Of a stretch of 64,000 nt of DNA, positions 29,583 through 39,229 are shown piece by piece. The notes beneath the pieces were generated by a model. That model worked only from the letters and a program-made list of their open reading frames with translations. It made no database searches and had not been told where the DNA came from. The position numbers and the translations under genes were made by a program. The first letter of the stretch is position 1, and the number at the start of each line of letters is the position of its first letter. The stretch is from IMG/VR virus record IMGVR_UViG_3300018083_000026; one strand, given 5' to 3'. The stretch comes from an uncultured virus (IMG/VR IMGVR_UViG_3300018083_000026) (lineage: Duplodnaviria > Heunggongvirae > Uroviricota > Caudoviricetes).

Positions 29583-30514
29583 TGGAAAAGCTCATTCTAA
29601 CTAATACGGATTGCGTTCAAGCTGCCAAGCGGCTCAAGGGGGACTATTGGAAGAACAAGTCAGGCGGGATCTCATGGGTCTACGGCGTTCCGCGGGGCGG
29701 CATCCCCGTTGCCTACTTGGTCGATCCCGAGCACGTCGTGGAGAAGCCAGAGGAGGCTACCTTGATTGTAGATGATATCACGGACAGTGGGCGGACCCGC
29801 GACCGTTATGTGAAGGACTTCCCCGACGCTGAATTCATGTCGCTCGCGGACTATCTCGAGCCCAAACGGGTCCCAGGGCAATGGATAGTTTTTCCTTGGG
29901 AGCAGGGCGAGCAGGGGCAAGACGCTTCTGCTGACGACATTGTCGTGCGGCTCTTGCAATACATTGGCGAGGACCCTAACCGGAATGGATTGCTCGATAC
30001 TCCCCAGCGGGTTCTCAAGTCTTGGAAGGAACTCACCTCCGGTTACAGCCAGGACCCGGGCAGCATCTTGGAAAAGAGCTTTGACATTCACCGCTACGAC
30101 CAAATCATTGCTTGTTCGTGGATTGAATTCTATTCGTTGTGCGAACATCACCTCTTGCCCTTCCACGGGTATGCTCACGTCGGTTACATTCCTGCGGCGG
30201 GCGACATCCACAACATACCCAAAGTGGTGGGCCTCTCCAAGCTTGCCCGTTTGGTGGAATGCTATGCCCGCCGGCTGCAAGTCCAGGAGCGGATGACTGA
30301 AGACATTGCCCACGCCCTCGAAGAACATTTGCTCCCACGCGGAGTCGCCGTGGTCATCCAAGCAAAACATTTGTGCATGGCCTGTCGGGGAGTGGAGAAA
30401 CATAAGTCCGTGATGGTAACTAGCTCGATGCGGGGAGCCTTCCGGGAAGTAGGGCCCGCCCGCGCCGAGTTCTTCCAGCTGATCGACCTAGCATATCATT
30501 CCAATGGCAAGTGA
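29582..30514 (+). CDS. folE: Type I phosphoribosyltransferase fused to GTP cyclohydrolase I
   Basis: N-term [25 protein letters not shown]-term [33 protein letters not shown]. Confidence 0.93.
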   Translation: MEKLILTNTDCVQAAKRLKGDYWKNKSGGISWVYGVPRGGIPVAYLVDPEHVVEKPEEATLIVDDITDSGRTRDRYVKDFPDAEFMSLADYLEPKRVPGQWIVFPWEQGEQGQDASADDIVVRLLQYIGEDPNRNGLLDTPQRVLKSWKELTSGYSQDPGSILEKSFDIHRYDQIIACSWIEFYSLCEHHLLPFHGYAHVGYIPAAGDIHNIPKVVGLSKLARLVECYARRLQVQERMTEDIAHALEEHLLPRGVAVVIQAKHLCMACRGVEKHKSVMVTSSMRGAFREVGPARAEFFQLIDLAYHSNGK

Positions 30515-31556
30515 ACCCGTCACTCCGCTCTTGGGCTCCGAATCTGTCTTTATGGATTCGGGCGCCTTTTCCCTTTACGCCATTAACGTCGGCAAGAGCC
30601 AAGGGCAAGCTGGCCGGGAAGGTTATGCTGAAGTCTCAGCAAAGCGGCGGGGCGGGGAGAAGCTAGACAAGGCCCAATTACGTTGGGGTGCGGGTGACTA
30701 TTCCTACTTTAACCTAGCGAAGGGTTCTGAATTCCGCCGCTACTGCGACAAGTATGCGAGCTTCATACGGAGGTTTGAAGGACGGGATATTACCTTCGCC
30801 ACAGTAGACGCCATCCGGCACCCAGAACTCTCTTGGACCGTGCAGAAGTATTTTGAGGAGGAGCATGGGCTCTATCCGGTCCCCGTTGTCCACGGCGGAA
30901 CACCTCTCCGCTATTTGCATCGTTACTTAGAGGAGCCCAAGAAATATCCTATGGTGGGCCTAGGCGGGCTGGCAGGTGGCATGCGTCCCTTTATCGAATG
31001 GGTGGACGCGGCCTTCTACGATATCTGCCCACAGTCCAATAAGTATCTCCCCATCGTGAAGGTTCATGGCTTTGCGGTGACCTCCTGGGAATACATGATC
31101 CGCTGGCCTTGGTGGAGTGTAGATTCAACTAGCTGGATTAAGTATGCGGCTTACGGCTGGATTCTGGTCCCGCCCTGGGGCGAGGGAAAGTTTCGATACG
31201 ATCTTCCGCCGCTGCAACTCAACATGAGCCGCAAGCCCACTCCCCGCATGCATCGTTCCTTGCGGGCCAAGGGCAAGAGTCCCCGGCAGCAAAAGGACAA
31301 CCACTATGACAATACCTCTAATCTAGTGCAGGAGCAGACGGACCGATGGATCGCCCACTTGAAAATTCCCATGGGCGCCTTTGCGGAGGACGAGATTATA
31401 GAAGATGGAGTTAGTTCCTCCTTCCGCTCCCGGGCTATTGTAAATCTGCACTACTTCAAAAACTTGGAGGAGTCTATGCCACTCTGGCCCGTCCCGCTCA
31501 ATCGGGAATTGATCCGGCAGCATTCTGTTTTATACCATCGAGGGTTTGGCTTGTGA
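30504..31556 (+). CDS. DpdA/TGT-like DNA base-exchange transglycosylase (putative)
   Basis: [30 protein letters not shown]; directly after folE. Confidence 0.8.
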   Translation: MASEPVTPLLGSESVFMDSGAFSLYAINVGKSQGQAGREGYAEVSAKRRGGEKLDKAQLRWGAGDYSYFNLAKGSEFRRYCDKYASFIRRFEGRDITFATVDAIRHPELSWTVQKYFEEEHGLYPVPVVHGGTPLRYLHRYLEEPKKYPMVGLGGLAGGMRPFIEWVDAAFYDICPQSNKYLPIVKVHGFAVTSWEYMIRWPWWSVDSTSWIKYAAYGWILVPPWGEGKFRYDLPPLQLNMSRKPTPRMHRSLRAKGKSPRQQKDNHYDNTSNLVQEQTDRWIAHLKIPMGAFAEDEIIEDGVSSSFRSRAIVNLHYFKNLEESMPLWPVPLNRELIRQHSVLYHRGFGL

Positions 31557-31732
31557 GAATATACTTTAGCGGAATGCATGCGCCGGCGGACAAGCCGGAG
31601 ACATTGATTCCGGAACGGCGGCCCGCAGTGATGTTGACGTTTTTCGAATTGCAATCTGTAGCTAAGGAAGGCTGCAAGCGCGGCAAACAGAACAAGACAC
31701 GGGAAAGATTCAGAGCCCTGTTATCACAATGA
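31553..31732 (+). CDS. 59-aa MRIYFSG protein, copy 1 (not in ORF track)
   Basis: GTG start overlapping the upstream [34 protein letters not shown]...TRERFRALLSQ. Confidence 0.75.
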   Translation: MRIYFSGMHAPADKPETLIPERRPAVMLTFFELQSVAKEGCKRGKQNKTRERFRALLSQ

Positions 31733-31929
31733 GAATATACTTTAGCGGCGGCGGCGGAGTGTCGGACGTTCCCGAGGCGTTGGTGCCCGAACGCAAGCCG
31801 CATATCATGCTGACGTTTTTTACTATTGACGAGAACCGGACGCGGGACCGGCTGAAAGCACATCTATCACAGAAATCCACTTATGAGAATAAAAAGAGAA
31901 GACTTCCTAAAGGACCTGGAGCTGGTTAA
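31729..31929 (+). CDS. 66-aa MRIYFSG protein, copy 2
   Basis: Paralogue of previous: MRIYFSG...PEALVPERKPHIMLTFF...TRDRLKAHLSQ. Confidence 0.75.
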   Translation: MRIYFSGGGGVSDVPEALVPERKPHIMLTFFTIDENRTRDRLKAHLSQKSTYENKKRRLPKGPGAG

Positions 31930-32974
31930 AGCGGGCTTGTCCCCACGCGAGTTCATTGAGCAAAGCTCTTGCTTCGTATTTCAGAAGGGGCAGGTAATGA
32001 CCTTCAACGATGAAGTCGCTTGCCGCAAGCCCATCAAAGTTACCCTCACCGGAGCCGTCCAAGCCCAGAGTTTGCTCGACATCCTCGCCAAGCTAGACGA
32101 CAAGGAGTTGACTGTGGAGGAAAACGAGAAGGGCGAGCTAGAGTTCCGTGGAGAGAAAAAAGCTTTCGGGATTACCCGGGACGCGGAAATCTTCCTGCCT
32201 ATTGACCGGGTAGAAATTCCCGAACGCTGGCACCCCTTGCCCACCGAGTTCTTGGAAGCCATCCGGCTCGTCCAACATTGCGTCAGCACCGACGAGTCCA
32301 AGTTCCTGCTCACCTGCATTCATTTGCATCCGGACTATATTGAAGCCTGTGATAATCACCAACTCATGCGCTGCACAATGCGGAGCGGGCTGAAGAGTTC
32401 CGTGCTCGTCCGAGGAGCCTCCCTCAATCAAGTCGTAACGCTAGGCATGAGCGAGGTCGCCCGCACCAAATCCTGGATTCACTTTAAGAACGAGGACGAC
32501 CTCATCTTCTCCTGCCGGATTTACACCGAGGAATTTCCTTCCTTCGATGCGGCCCTCGCCGTGGAAGGCAATCCTATTGTGCTTCCCAAAGGACTAATAG
32601 AAGCGAGCGACCGGGCCGCCGTGTTCGCCTCCGACAAGGCAGGCGACCCGCTAGTGGCAGTCACCCTTAAGACGGGAGCCCTACGCATCACTGGGGAAGG
32701 ACTCTCCGGGTGGTATAAGGAGATCAAGAGTGTGGACTACAAAGGCCCGCAGCTAGATTTCTTAATCGCTCCGGAATTGCTGAAGCATATCACCGACAAA
32801 TATTCGGACGCCGTTATCAACAAGGAGAAGCTCAAGGCCAGCGGAGGCAAGTGGATTTATATCACTGTTCTGGGCCCGCCGGAGGCTCCCGGCGCTAACA
32901 ACGGGGAAGAGGACGAGGACTCTCGCCCGGCTAAGAAAGGAAAAGCACGCCGGCAGCGGGAGGAGGAGGACTGA
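31883..32974 (+). CDS. DNA sliding clamp, beta/DnaN-like
   Basis: Size; STDESKFLLTCI, ACDNHQL, three-domain pattern. Confidence 0.75.
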   Translation: MRIKREDFLKDLELVKAGLSPREFIEQSSCFVFQKGQVMTFNDEVACRKPIKVTLTGAVQAQSLLDILAKLDDKELTVEENEKGELEFRGEKKAFGITRDAEIFLPIDRVEIPERWHPLPTEFLEAIRLVQHCVSTDESKFLLTCIHLHPDYIEACDNHQLMRCTMRSGLKSSVLVRGASLNQVVTLGMSEVARTKSWIHFKNEDDLIFSCRIYTEEFPSFDAALAVEGNPIVLPKGLIEASDRAAVFASDKAGDPLVAVTLKTGALRITGEGLSGWYKEIKSVDYKGPQLDFLIAPELLKHITDKYSDAVINKEKLKASGGKWIYITVLGPPEAPGANNGEEDEDSRPAKKGKARRQREEED

Positions 32975-33162
32975 TGCCTGAGAAGTCTTTCCATATTAAA
33001 TTTGACATTAAGGATAAAGTGCTCATCAAGGAAATACAAAGGCCAGGAACAGTCGACGCAGTCACCCTCGATTACTTGGGCATTCAATATCGGGTGGCTT
33101 ACTGGGACAATAGCGACCGCCACTCCGTATGGTTACCTGAAGACGAGTTGACAGCTCGATGA
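32974..33162 (+). CDS. Small SH3-like hypothetical protein
   Basis: KFDIKDKV...QYRVAYW. Confidence 0.55.
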   Translation: MPEKSFHIKFDIKDKVLIKEIQRPGTVDAVTLDYLGIQYRVAYWDNSDRHSVWLPEDELTAR

Positions 33163-34343
33163 AAGGCTTCTTCCCATCTTCCGAAGTGCAACGGGAGCAA
33201 CCCGGAACTCTGTTGCCCAAATGCGGCTCCTGCGGACTCTTCAAGCATTGCGAGAGCCCTAAGATGAAACCCTACGGGAAGGGCGGCCAAGAGGTGCTAG
33301 TCGTTGGGGAGGCGCCCGGGCAAACGGAAGATGAAATGGGGAGGCCATTCATTGGCAAAGCCGGCCAGTTCTTGCGCTCGTGTTTGGACTCCGCAGAGAT
33401 TGACTTAGACAAGGACGCCTGGACCACCAACGCTCTGATCTGCCGTCCGCCGGGCAACAAGACCCCTGACGAAAAACAGATTGGATATTGCCGGCCCAAC
33501 CTACTGAACGCTATAGAGCATTACCAACCCCGGGTGGTGCTCACCCTCGGGCGGGCCGCGTTGGCGAGCACCTTAGCCCCTTACTGGAATGATATAGGCC
33601 CTTTGGAGCGGTGGGTGGGATGGACGATCCCGATAGAGAGCCACTGGATCTGTCCCACGTATCATCCCAGTTACTTGCTGCGAATGAAGAACCCGCTAAT
33701 GGACCGAACTTTCAAGGACCATTTGCGGCAGGCCTTTGAGATTAATCGGGACCCACCCGCCGCGTTTGACTTCGAACAAGCAATTGAAATCCTATATGAC
33801 GAACAGGAAATTTATGAGGCAATTCGTGCTATCAATTTCATGGGAGGATGGGCGGCGGTGGATTATGAATGCAACTGCCTCAAACCAGAATATCCCGGAG
33901 CCCGAATCGTCTCCTGCTCCATCTCCAACGGCCAGCGGACTATCTCTTATCCCTGGGTCGGCAAGGCTATCACTGCCACCGATATGTTCCTCCAGTCCAT
34001 CGGAACTACCAAGATCGCTTCCAACCTCAAGTTCGAGGAACGGTGGACGCTGAAGACGTTTGGGCGGGGAGTGGTCGACTGGGGTTGGGATACAATGCTC
34101 GCAGCCCACTGTTTGGATAACCGCCCGGGCATCTGCTCCCTCAAGTTCCAGTCTTTAGTGAAGCTCGGTGTTCCAACCTACAATGACAATATTGAACCCT
34201 ACCTCTCCAGCGCCCGCGGCAGCCATCTAAACCGCATTGAGGATATCGAATTGAAATCGCTTCTCTTCTACGGCGGGATGGACGCTTTGCTAGAACATAG
34301 GCTTGCCATGCGCCAGCGGAAAGAGATGGGTTATGAAGATTGA
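33159..34343 (+). CDS. Family-4 UDG-like domain fused to 3'-5' exonuclease (N-terminal part of split SPO1-type DNA polymerase)
   Basis: C..C, GEAPG..ED..GRPFIG, CRPP.N, HPS; then DYE, N.KFE, DTMLA, Y.GMD. Confidence 0.88.
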   Translation: MKGFFPSSEVQREQPGTLLPKCGSCGLFKHCESPKMKPYGKGGQEVLVVGEAPGQTEDEMGRPFIGKAGQFLRSCLDSAEIDLDKDAWTTNALICRPPGNKTPDEKQIGYCRPNLLNAIEHYQPRVVLTLGRAALASTLAPYWNDIGPLERWVGWTIPIESHWICPTYHPSYLLRMKNPLMDRTFKDHLRQAFEINRDPPAAFDFEQAIEILYDEQEIYEAIRAINFMGGWAAVDYECNCLKPEYPGARIVSCSISNGQRTISYPWVGKAITATDMFLQSIGTTKIASNLKFEERWTLKTFGRGVVDWGWDTMLAAHCLDNRPGICSLKFQSLVKLGVPTYNDNIEPYLSSARGSHLNRIEDIELKSLLFYGGMDALLEHRLAMRQRKEMGYED

Positions 34344-35811
34344 ACCTCTTAGGATGGAGGGATACGAGCTGCTTCATGACGGCGCGATTGCCTTGGCGCA
34401 GATCGAAGCCAACGGAATCCGCATCGACACCGACCGGCTCGCTGCCACCCAAGTAAAACTAACTGATAAGATTCGCAAGCTGCGGCAAGAATTAGAAACC
34501 TCCGAACTGTGGAAGGTGTGGCGCCGGCGCTTTGCTGCCCGGGCGAGCTTAACCTCCCGCGATCAGCTCGCTACCGTGTTGCATGATGAATTAGGTTTCC
34601 AAGTGGGTGAACTAACCGTAGGTGGAAAACCATCTACGGACGAGGAAGCCCTGCAAAAGATAGATCATCCTGACGTCCGCACCTTCTGCCGGCTAGCCAA
34701 ATACGAGAAAGCCCTGGGGACATTTATCAAAGGGATTGAAAGGGAAGTGGTAGGAGACCGGCTCCACCCCGTCTACAACTTGCACTTGGCCCGCACCTAT
34801 CGTTCCTCCAGCGACTCACCCAACTTCCAAAACTTCCCCGTCCGGGACAAAGAGATATCAAAAATCATCCGCAGCTTGTTCATTCCTTCCCTCGGCTGCG
34901 TCCTGGTGGAGAATGACTTTAAGGGGATAGAAGTCGCCCTGTCCGCAGCGTATCACCACGATCCCGTCTTCATTGATTACATCACGACCCCGGGCAAGGA
35001 TATGCACCGGGACATGGCGGCCCAACTCTACTTGTTAGAGCCGGAGCAGGTAGATAAAGACATCCGTTACGGAGCCAAAAACAAGTTCGTATTCCCCCAG
35101 TTCTACGGAGACTTTTATGTCTCTTGTGCCCGCTCGCTGTGGGAGTGGATGCGGCAGGGAAAGCTTATGGGACCGGACGGAAAGCCGCTGAGAGAGCACT
35201 TAAAGCAACAAGGAATAGAGCGTCTGGGCGCTTGCGACCCTGAGGAGGAGCCTTTGCCTCATTCTTTTGAGAAGCATGTTCGGGCCGTGGAGGATGACTT
35301 CTGGAACAATCGATTCAAAGTGTATGGGCGTTGGCGCAAGGCTTGGTTCAGGAATTATCAAGACAAAGGTTATTTCGATCTCCTAACGGGCTTCCGGGTC
35401 CAAGGAGTCTTTGCCCGCAACGCCGTCACCAACTATCCCATCCAGGGCTCCGCGTTCCACTGCCTGCTCTGGTCGCTAATCGAAATCAACCGCATCCTCG
35501 CCAAGCGTGGCATGCAGAGCAAACTCGTCGGGCAGATTCACGATAGCTTGCTCGGAGATGTTAGAGTGGAGGAGCTGAGCGATTACCTCTCCATCGTAGA
35601 GGCAGTGACGATGACATACCTCCCCCGGCACTGGAGTTGGTTGAACGTTCCACCACAAATTGAGTATGAGATGTGTTCGCTGGGTGGAAACTGGTTCCAC
35701 AAACAAGAGTTCCGATTTAAGCAAGGGCGGTTTATTCACCCGGAGAAGGCGAACAAGTCCACGACGGATTCCCGGCGCTTTGTCCAAGCTTTAGGAAAGG
35801 CATCTAAATGA
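34333..35811 (+). CDS. DNA polymerase family A, polymerase domain
   Basis: RSSSDSPNFQN, motif A DFKGIE, motif B R..AK....F...YG, N.PIQG, motif C QIHDS. Confidence 0.93.
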   Translation: MKIEPLRMEGYELLHDGAIALAQIEANGIRIDTDRLAATQVKLTDKIRKLRQELETSELWKVWRRRFAARASLTSRDQLATVLHDELGFQVGELTVGGKPSTDEEALQKIDHPDVRTFCRLAKYEKALGTFIKGIEREVVGDRLHPVYNLHLARTYRSSSDSPNFQNFPVRDKEISKIIRSLFIPSLGCVLVENDFKGIEVALSAAYHHDPVFIDYITTPGKDMHRDMAAQLYLLEPEQVDKDIRYGAKNKFVFPQFYGDFYVSCARSLWEWMRQGKLMGPDGKPLREHLKQQGIERLGACDPEEEPLPHSFEKHVRAVEDDFWNNRFKVYGRWRKAWFRNYQDKGYFDLLTGFRVQGVFARNAVTNYPIQGSAFHCLLWSLIEINRILAKRGMQSKLVGQIHDSLLGDVRVEELSDYLSIVEAVTMTYLPRHWSWLNVPPQIEYEMCSLGGNWFHKQEFRFKQGRFIHPEKANKSTTDSRRFVQALGKASK

Positions 35812-36752
35812 ATGAAGAACTATATAAGAAATTCAGACCCCGCAGTCTCAAAGTAATCGAAGGGCAGGCGGGAGCCGTAGCCTCCATTTCCAAGATGATG
35901 GAGAAGGGTCAGGTCCCTCATGCCGTCCTACTCACTGGCCCTAGCGGCTGCGGCAAGACTACGATTGCCCGCATCCTAAAACAGCACTTGGAATGTGGCG
36001 ATAACGACTTCATGGAATTAAATTGTGCTGACTTCCGAGGCATCGACATGGTGCGGGACGTGCGGCGGAACATGATGTTCGCTCCCATTACCGGCAAGGT
36101 CCGCATGTGGCTCATTGACGAAGCACATCGGCTCACCGGTGAAGCCCAGGACGCCTTCCTTAAAATGCTGGAGGATACGCCCGACCATGTTTACTTCGTG
36201 CTCTGCACTACGAACCCGCAGAAGCTAATCAAAACCATCCACACCCGCTGCTCGGAAGTGAAGCTCTCCGCTTTGGATGCGCCGGCCCTGCAACGATGCC
36301 TCCAGCGGGTTATTACCAAGGCCGCGCTGACTGTGGAAGAACAAGTGATTGAGGAAATCATAGAAGCTGCGGATGGTTCGGCGCGGAAGGCATTAGTTAT
36401 CCTAGAACAAGTGGCGAGCTTGGAAGGAGCGGAGGCTCAGCTAAAAGCTATCCAAACAACGACCTTCAACAAGGACACGGCGGTCGACTTAGCCCGCGAG
36501 CTAATGTTTCCTAAACTGGGCTGGGTCCACGTAGCTAAGCTCTTGCGGTCCCTGCAAGACCAGGACGTAGAAGGGATTCGGTATTGCATCCTGGGCTATG
36601 CCCGCTCTTGCATGATAGGCAAGGACGACAAGCCACCCAACATTAAGCTAGGCGCCCGGGCCTTTAAGATCATCGACATCTTCTCGCGGGCGTTCTACGA
36701 CAGCAAGCAGGCCGGCCTCGCTGCGGCTTGCTGGGAGGTAACAAACTCGTGA
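35808..36752 (+). CDS. Clamp loader AAA+ (DnaX-like)
   Basis: LYKKFRP, GPSGCGKTT, IDEAH, LKMLE, TRC, GSAR. Confidence 0.9.
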   Translation: MNEELYKKFRPRSLKVIEGQAGAVASISKMMEKGQVPHAVLLTGPSGCGKTTIARILKQHLECGDNDFMELNCADFRGIDMVRDVRRNMMFAPITGKVRMWLIDEAHRLTGEAQDAFLKMLEDTPDHVYFVLCTTNPQKLIKTIHTRCSEVKLSALDAPALQRCLQRVITKAALTVEEQVIEEIIEAADGSARKALVILEQVASLEGAEAQLKAIQTTTFNKDTAVDLARELMFPKLGWVHVAKLLRSLQDQDVEGIRYCILGYARSCMIGKDDKPPNIKLGARAFKIIDIFSRAFYDSKQAGLAAACWEVTNS

Positions 36753-37294
36753 ACCCGATTCCTTTTGGCGAGCGGCGTTCACTCCTGCAAGACTGGGTTC
36801 ATAATCTCACCTTCATGCAACAGGGTGTTCTTGTTGCCGCCGTGCGTGGGCCCGATGGATTGCGGAAGGAACACCCGTCCAAACTTCTGTGTCGGTGGTT
36901 GCGTCGCAGCTTCATGTTCAGTGCCTTCGATCGCCGACCCTTCGACAATCCTTGGGAGTTGGGAGGAGGGAGCTTCACGGGTCCCAGCTGCTTTCCCGAA
37001 GGAGATCATCCTTGGGAGAAGCCGATGGATATGGCGGTGAAAGAATATTTAAGCCTCGTGGACGAGATACCCCACCACTTTCAACTGCACTTCATGCATG
37101 CGGCCGAGATACTAGGCTACAAACATGACAATCTCCGTATCCGTAAATGGTGGGCCAAAACTTATCGTCAATTAGTGAACGATGCCCACCTCTTTCCTGA
37201 GAGCGAGGCGCAAATGGATCGGAGGCTGGGCGACTTCGAAGAGCACTGGCGGGAACGGGAAGAAGTAATCGCCCAGGGCCCGCAGGAGAGATAA
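36749..37294 (+). CDS. Conserved hypothetical phage protein
   Basis: Q.W...L..MQQ.VL...RGPD, PHH..LH.MH. Confidence 0.65.
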   Translation: MNPIPFGERRSLLQDWVHNLTFMQQGVLVAAVRGPDGLRKEHPSKLLCRWLRRSFMFSAFDRRPFDNPWELGGGSFTGPSCFPEGDHPWEKPMDMAVKEYLSLVDEIPHHFQLHFMHAAEILGYKHDNLRIRKWWAKTYRQLVNDAHLFPESEAQMDRRLGDFEEHWREREEVIAQGPQER

Positions 37295-37301
37295 TACACA
37301 T

Positions 37302-37778
37302 ATGAACAAAGTCAAAGCAGAATCCGTTGTAAACATAGACGAAAACAATCTAGGCCGGGAGTGCGTGAAGCTGCCCACCGATTATATTCAAGCCGCCTTC
37401 CAGTCTTGCGAAGCGAAGAAGGACGTGGCGGAGGCCAGGGCTGAGCTCTCTGTAATCGAAGCGGACCTCGCTAAGGAAATCCGCAGCGACCCCGCGGCCT
37501 TCGGCATCGAAAAGATAACCGAGGCTGCCATCAACGCCGCTGTCATTACCCACAAGGATTACCAGCAAGCCAAGGGGCAGCTCTTAGAAGGTGAATACAA
37601 TGCTGACTTGGCCCAAGCCCTCGTGTGGGCCCTGGAGCATAAGAAGCGGGCGTTGACCTTGCTGGTGGACTTGCACGGCATGAGTTACTTCTCCACCCCT
37701 AAGACTACCGAGGCCGGGCGGGAAGCTTTGGACCGCATGAACCAACGGAAGGTGAGAAGGGTCCGGGAGGACGAATGA
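37302..37778 (+). CDS. Coiled-coil protein, possibly UvsY-like recombination mediator
   Basis: Helical; upstream of SSB and RecA. Confidence 0.5.
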   Translation: MNKVKAESVVNIDENNLGRECVKLPTDYIQAAFQSCEAKKDVAEARAELSVIEADLAKEIRSDPAAFGIEKITEAAINAAVITHKDYQQAKGQLLEGEYNADLAQALVWALEHKKRALTLLVDLHGMSYFSTPKTTEAGREALDRMNQRKVRRVREDE

Positions 37779-37930
37779 CTCTAATCGAAGTCATTGTATT
37801 AGCTTTGTTCGGTGTGATCCTACTTCCAATCTTGTCCTACCTGATTGTGAAATTTGGGGTAGCGGGTTACTTCCGAGCTAAACAAAGAGAGATCAATAAA
37901 CAAAAACAAAAGGCACATCAACATGAGTAG
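37775..37930 (+). CDS. 51-aa single-TM protein starting MTLIEV (not in ORF track)
   Basis: ATGA overlap; MTLIEVIVLALFGVILLPILSYLIVKFGVAGYFRAKQRE... Confidence 0.6.
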   Translation: MTLIEVIVLALFGVILLPILSYLIVKFGVAGYFRAKQREINKQKQKAHQHE

Positions 37931-39221
37931 GTCACAACGAGAAGAAAGAGGAGAGCGGCGATCATCCGCTAGAGAGTGGGCGGAGAAACAGTCGCTGGGA
38001 TATCAAGCCCAGTATCTCTCCTTGCCCAAAGGCGTAAAACTGTTCAAGCCCAAAGCGGGCCTGATGTTACTCGACATCATTCCCTTTATTGCAGGCAAGG
38101 GCAATCCCTGGGCGGAAGAAGGAGTGGAGTGGTGGGAACGGACCTACTGGGTTCATCGGGGTATCGGAGCCAACAACGAAAGCTATCTGTGCCCGCGTAA
38201 GAGCAGCAAGGGACGTTGCCCGATCTGCGAGCACCGAATCGCACTAGTGCGGAAATCAGGCGAGGACGACGACGCGGAGGAGTCCATCAAGGCGCTGGCC
38301 CCCAAGCAAAGGCAGTTGTTCAACATCATCAATCGCAAGGAGCCGGACAAAGGAATCCAGTTGTTCGATATCTCCTACCACCTATTTGGGGAAACACTTA
38401 CCAAACGCCTTATCAGTGCAGACGAGGATGACAACTGGGATAATTTCTGGATGTTGGACGACGGGCTAACCCTTAAGGTGGCTTTCTCCGACGACAGCTA
38501 TGCCGGGAGAAGTTTCGTCCGGGCGGATACTATCGACTTCAAGCCACGCCCGGAGCAATACGACGCGGAGGAGATGCTAAAAGAGGCGTCCTGCTTGGAT
38601 GACTGTTTGGTGGAATTGGAATACCCCGAGCTCAAAAAGATCTACTTCGAGATGGCGGGGGAAGAGGACGACGAAGACAAGCCCAAGAAGAAGCACCACG
38701 CCGAGTCCGAAGACGAAGATGAACCGCCACGCCGCAAGGGCCGGCATGTCGTAGAGGAGGAGGAGGAGTCCGCTCCTAAGAAGCGGCGTCCAGTAGAGGA
38801 CGAAGACGAAGACAAGCCACCCAAGAAGAAACCCGCAGATGATGATGACTGGGATGACTTTGATGACAAGCCCTCGAAGAAGAAACCCGCTGCGGAGGAG
38901 GAGCCCGCTCCTAAGAAGCGTCGCCCGGTAGAGGACGAAGACGACGAGCCCGCTCCTAAGAAGCGGCGTCAAGAAGAGCCGGAAGAGGACGAGCCCAAGA
39001 AGAAGAAGCCGGCAGCGGATGATGACTGGGATGACTTCGATGATGATAAGCCTTCGAAGAAGAAGTCGGTAGAAGAAGAAGACGAACCGCCTCGGAAGAA
39101 ACGCCGGGCGGAGCAGGAGGAACTGGACTTGGAGCCTCCCCGGAAAAAGCGCCACGCCGAACCTGAGGAAGAGGACGAGCCCGCTCCCCGGAAGAAACGC
39201 CGGCAGGAAGAGGAGGACTAA
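37923..39221 (+). CDS. ssDNA-binding protein (gp32-like) with long charged repeat tail
   Basis: H....CP....CPICE Zn motif; D/E/K repeats; adjacent to RecA. Confidence 0.75.
   Translation: MSRSQREERGERRSSAREWAEKQSLGYQAQYLSLPKGVKLFKPKAGLMLLDIIPFIAGKGNPWAEEGVEWWERTYWVHRGIGANNESYLCPRKSSKGRCPICEHRIALVRKSGEDDDAEESIKALAPKQRQLFNIINRKEPDKGIQLFDISYHLFGETLTKRLISADEDDNWDNFWMLDDGLTLKVAFSDDSYAGRSFVRADTIDFKPRPEQYDAEEMLKEASCLDDCLVELEYPELKKIYFEMAGEEDDEDKPKKKHHAESEDEDEPPRRKGRHVVEEEEESAPKKRRPVEDEDEDKPPKKKPADDDDWDDFDDKPSKKKPAAEEEPAPKKRRPVEDEDDEPAPKKRRQEEPEEDEPKKKKPAADDDWDDFDDDKPSKKKSVEEEDEPPRKKRRAEQEELDLEPPRKKRHAEPEEEDEPAPRKKRRQEEED
38770..39205 (+). repeat. Coding repeats in SSB tail
   Basis: APKKRR x3, ADDDDWDDFDD x2 with near-identical DNA. 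Confidence 0.8.
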
Positions 39222-39229
39222 ACAAGATC

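Noticed and set aside
35808..36752. AAA+ protein as the sigma54 activator
   Set aside because: No GAFTGA loop; has clamp-loader motifs and a neighbouring clamp
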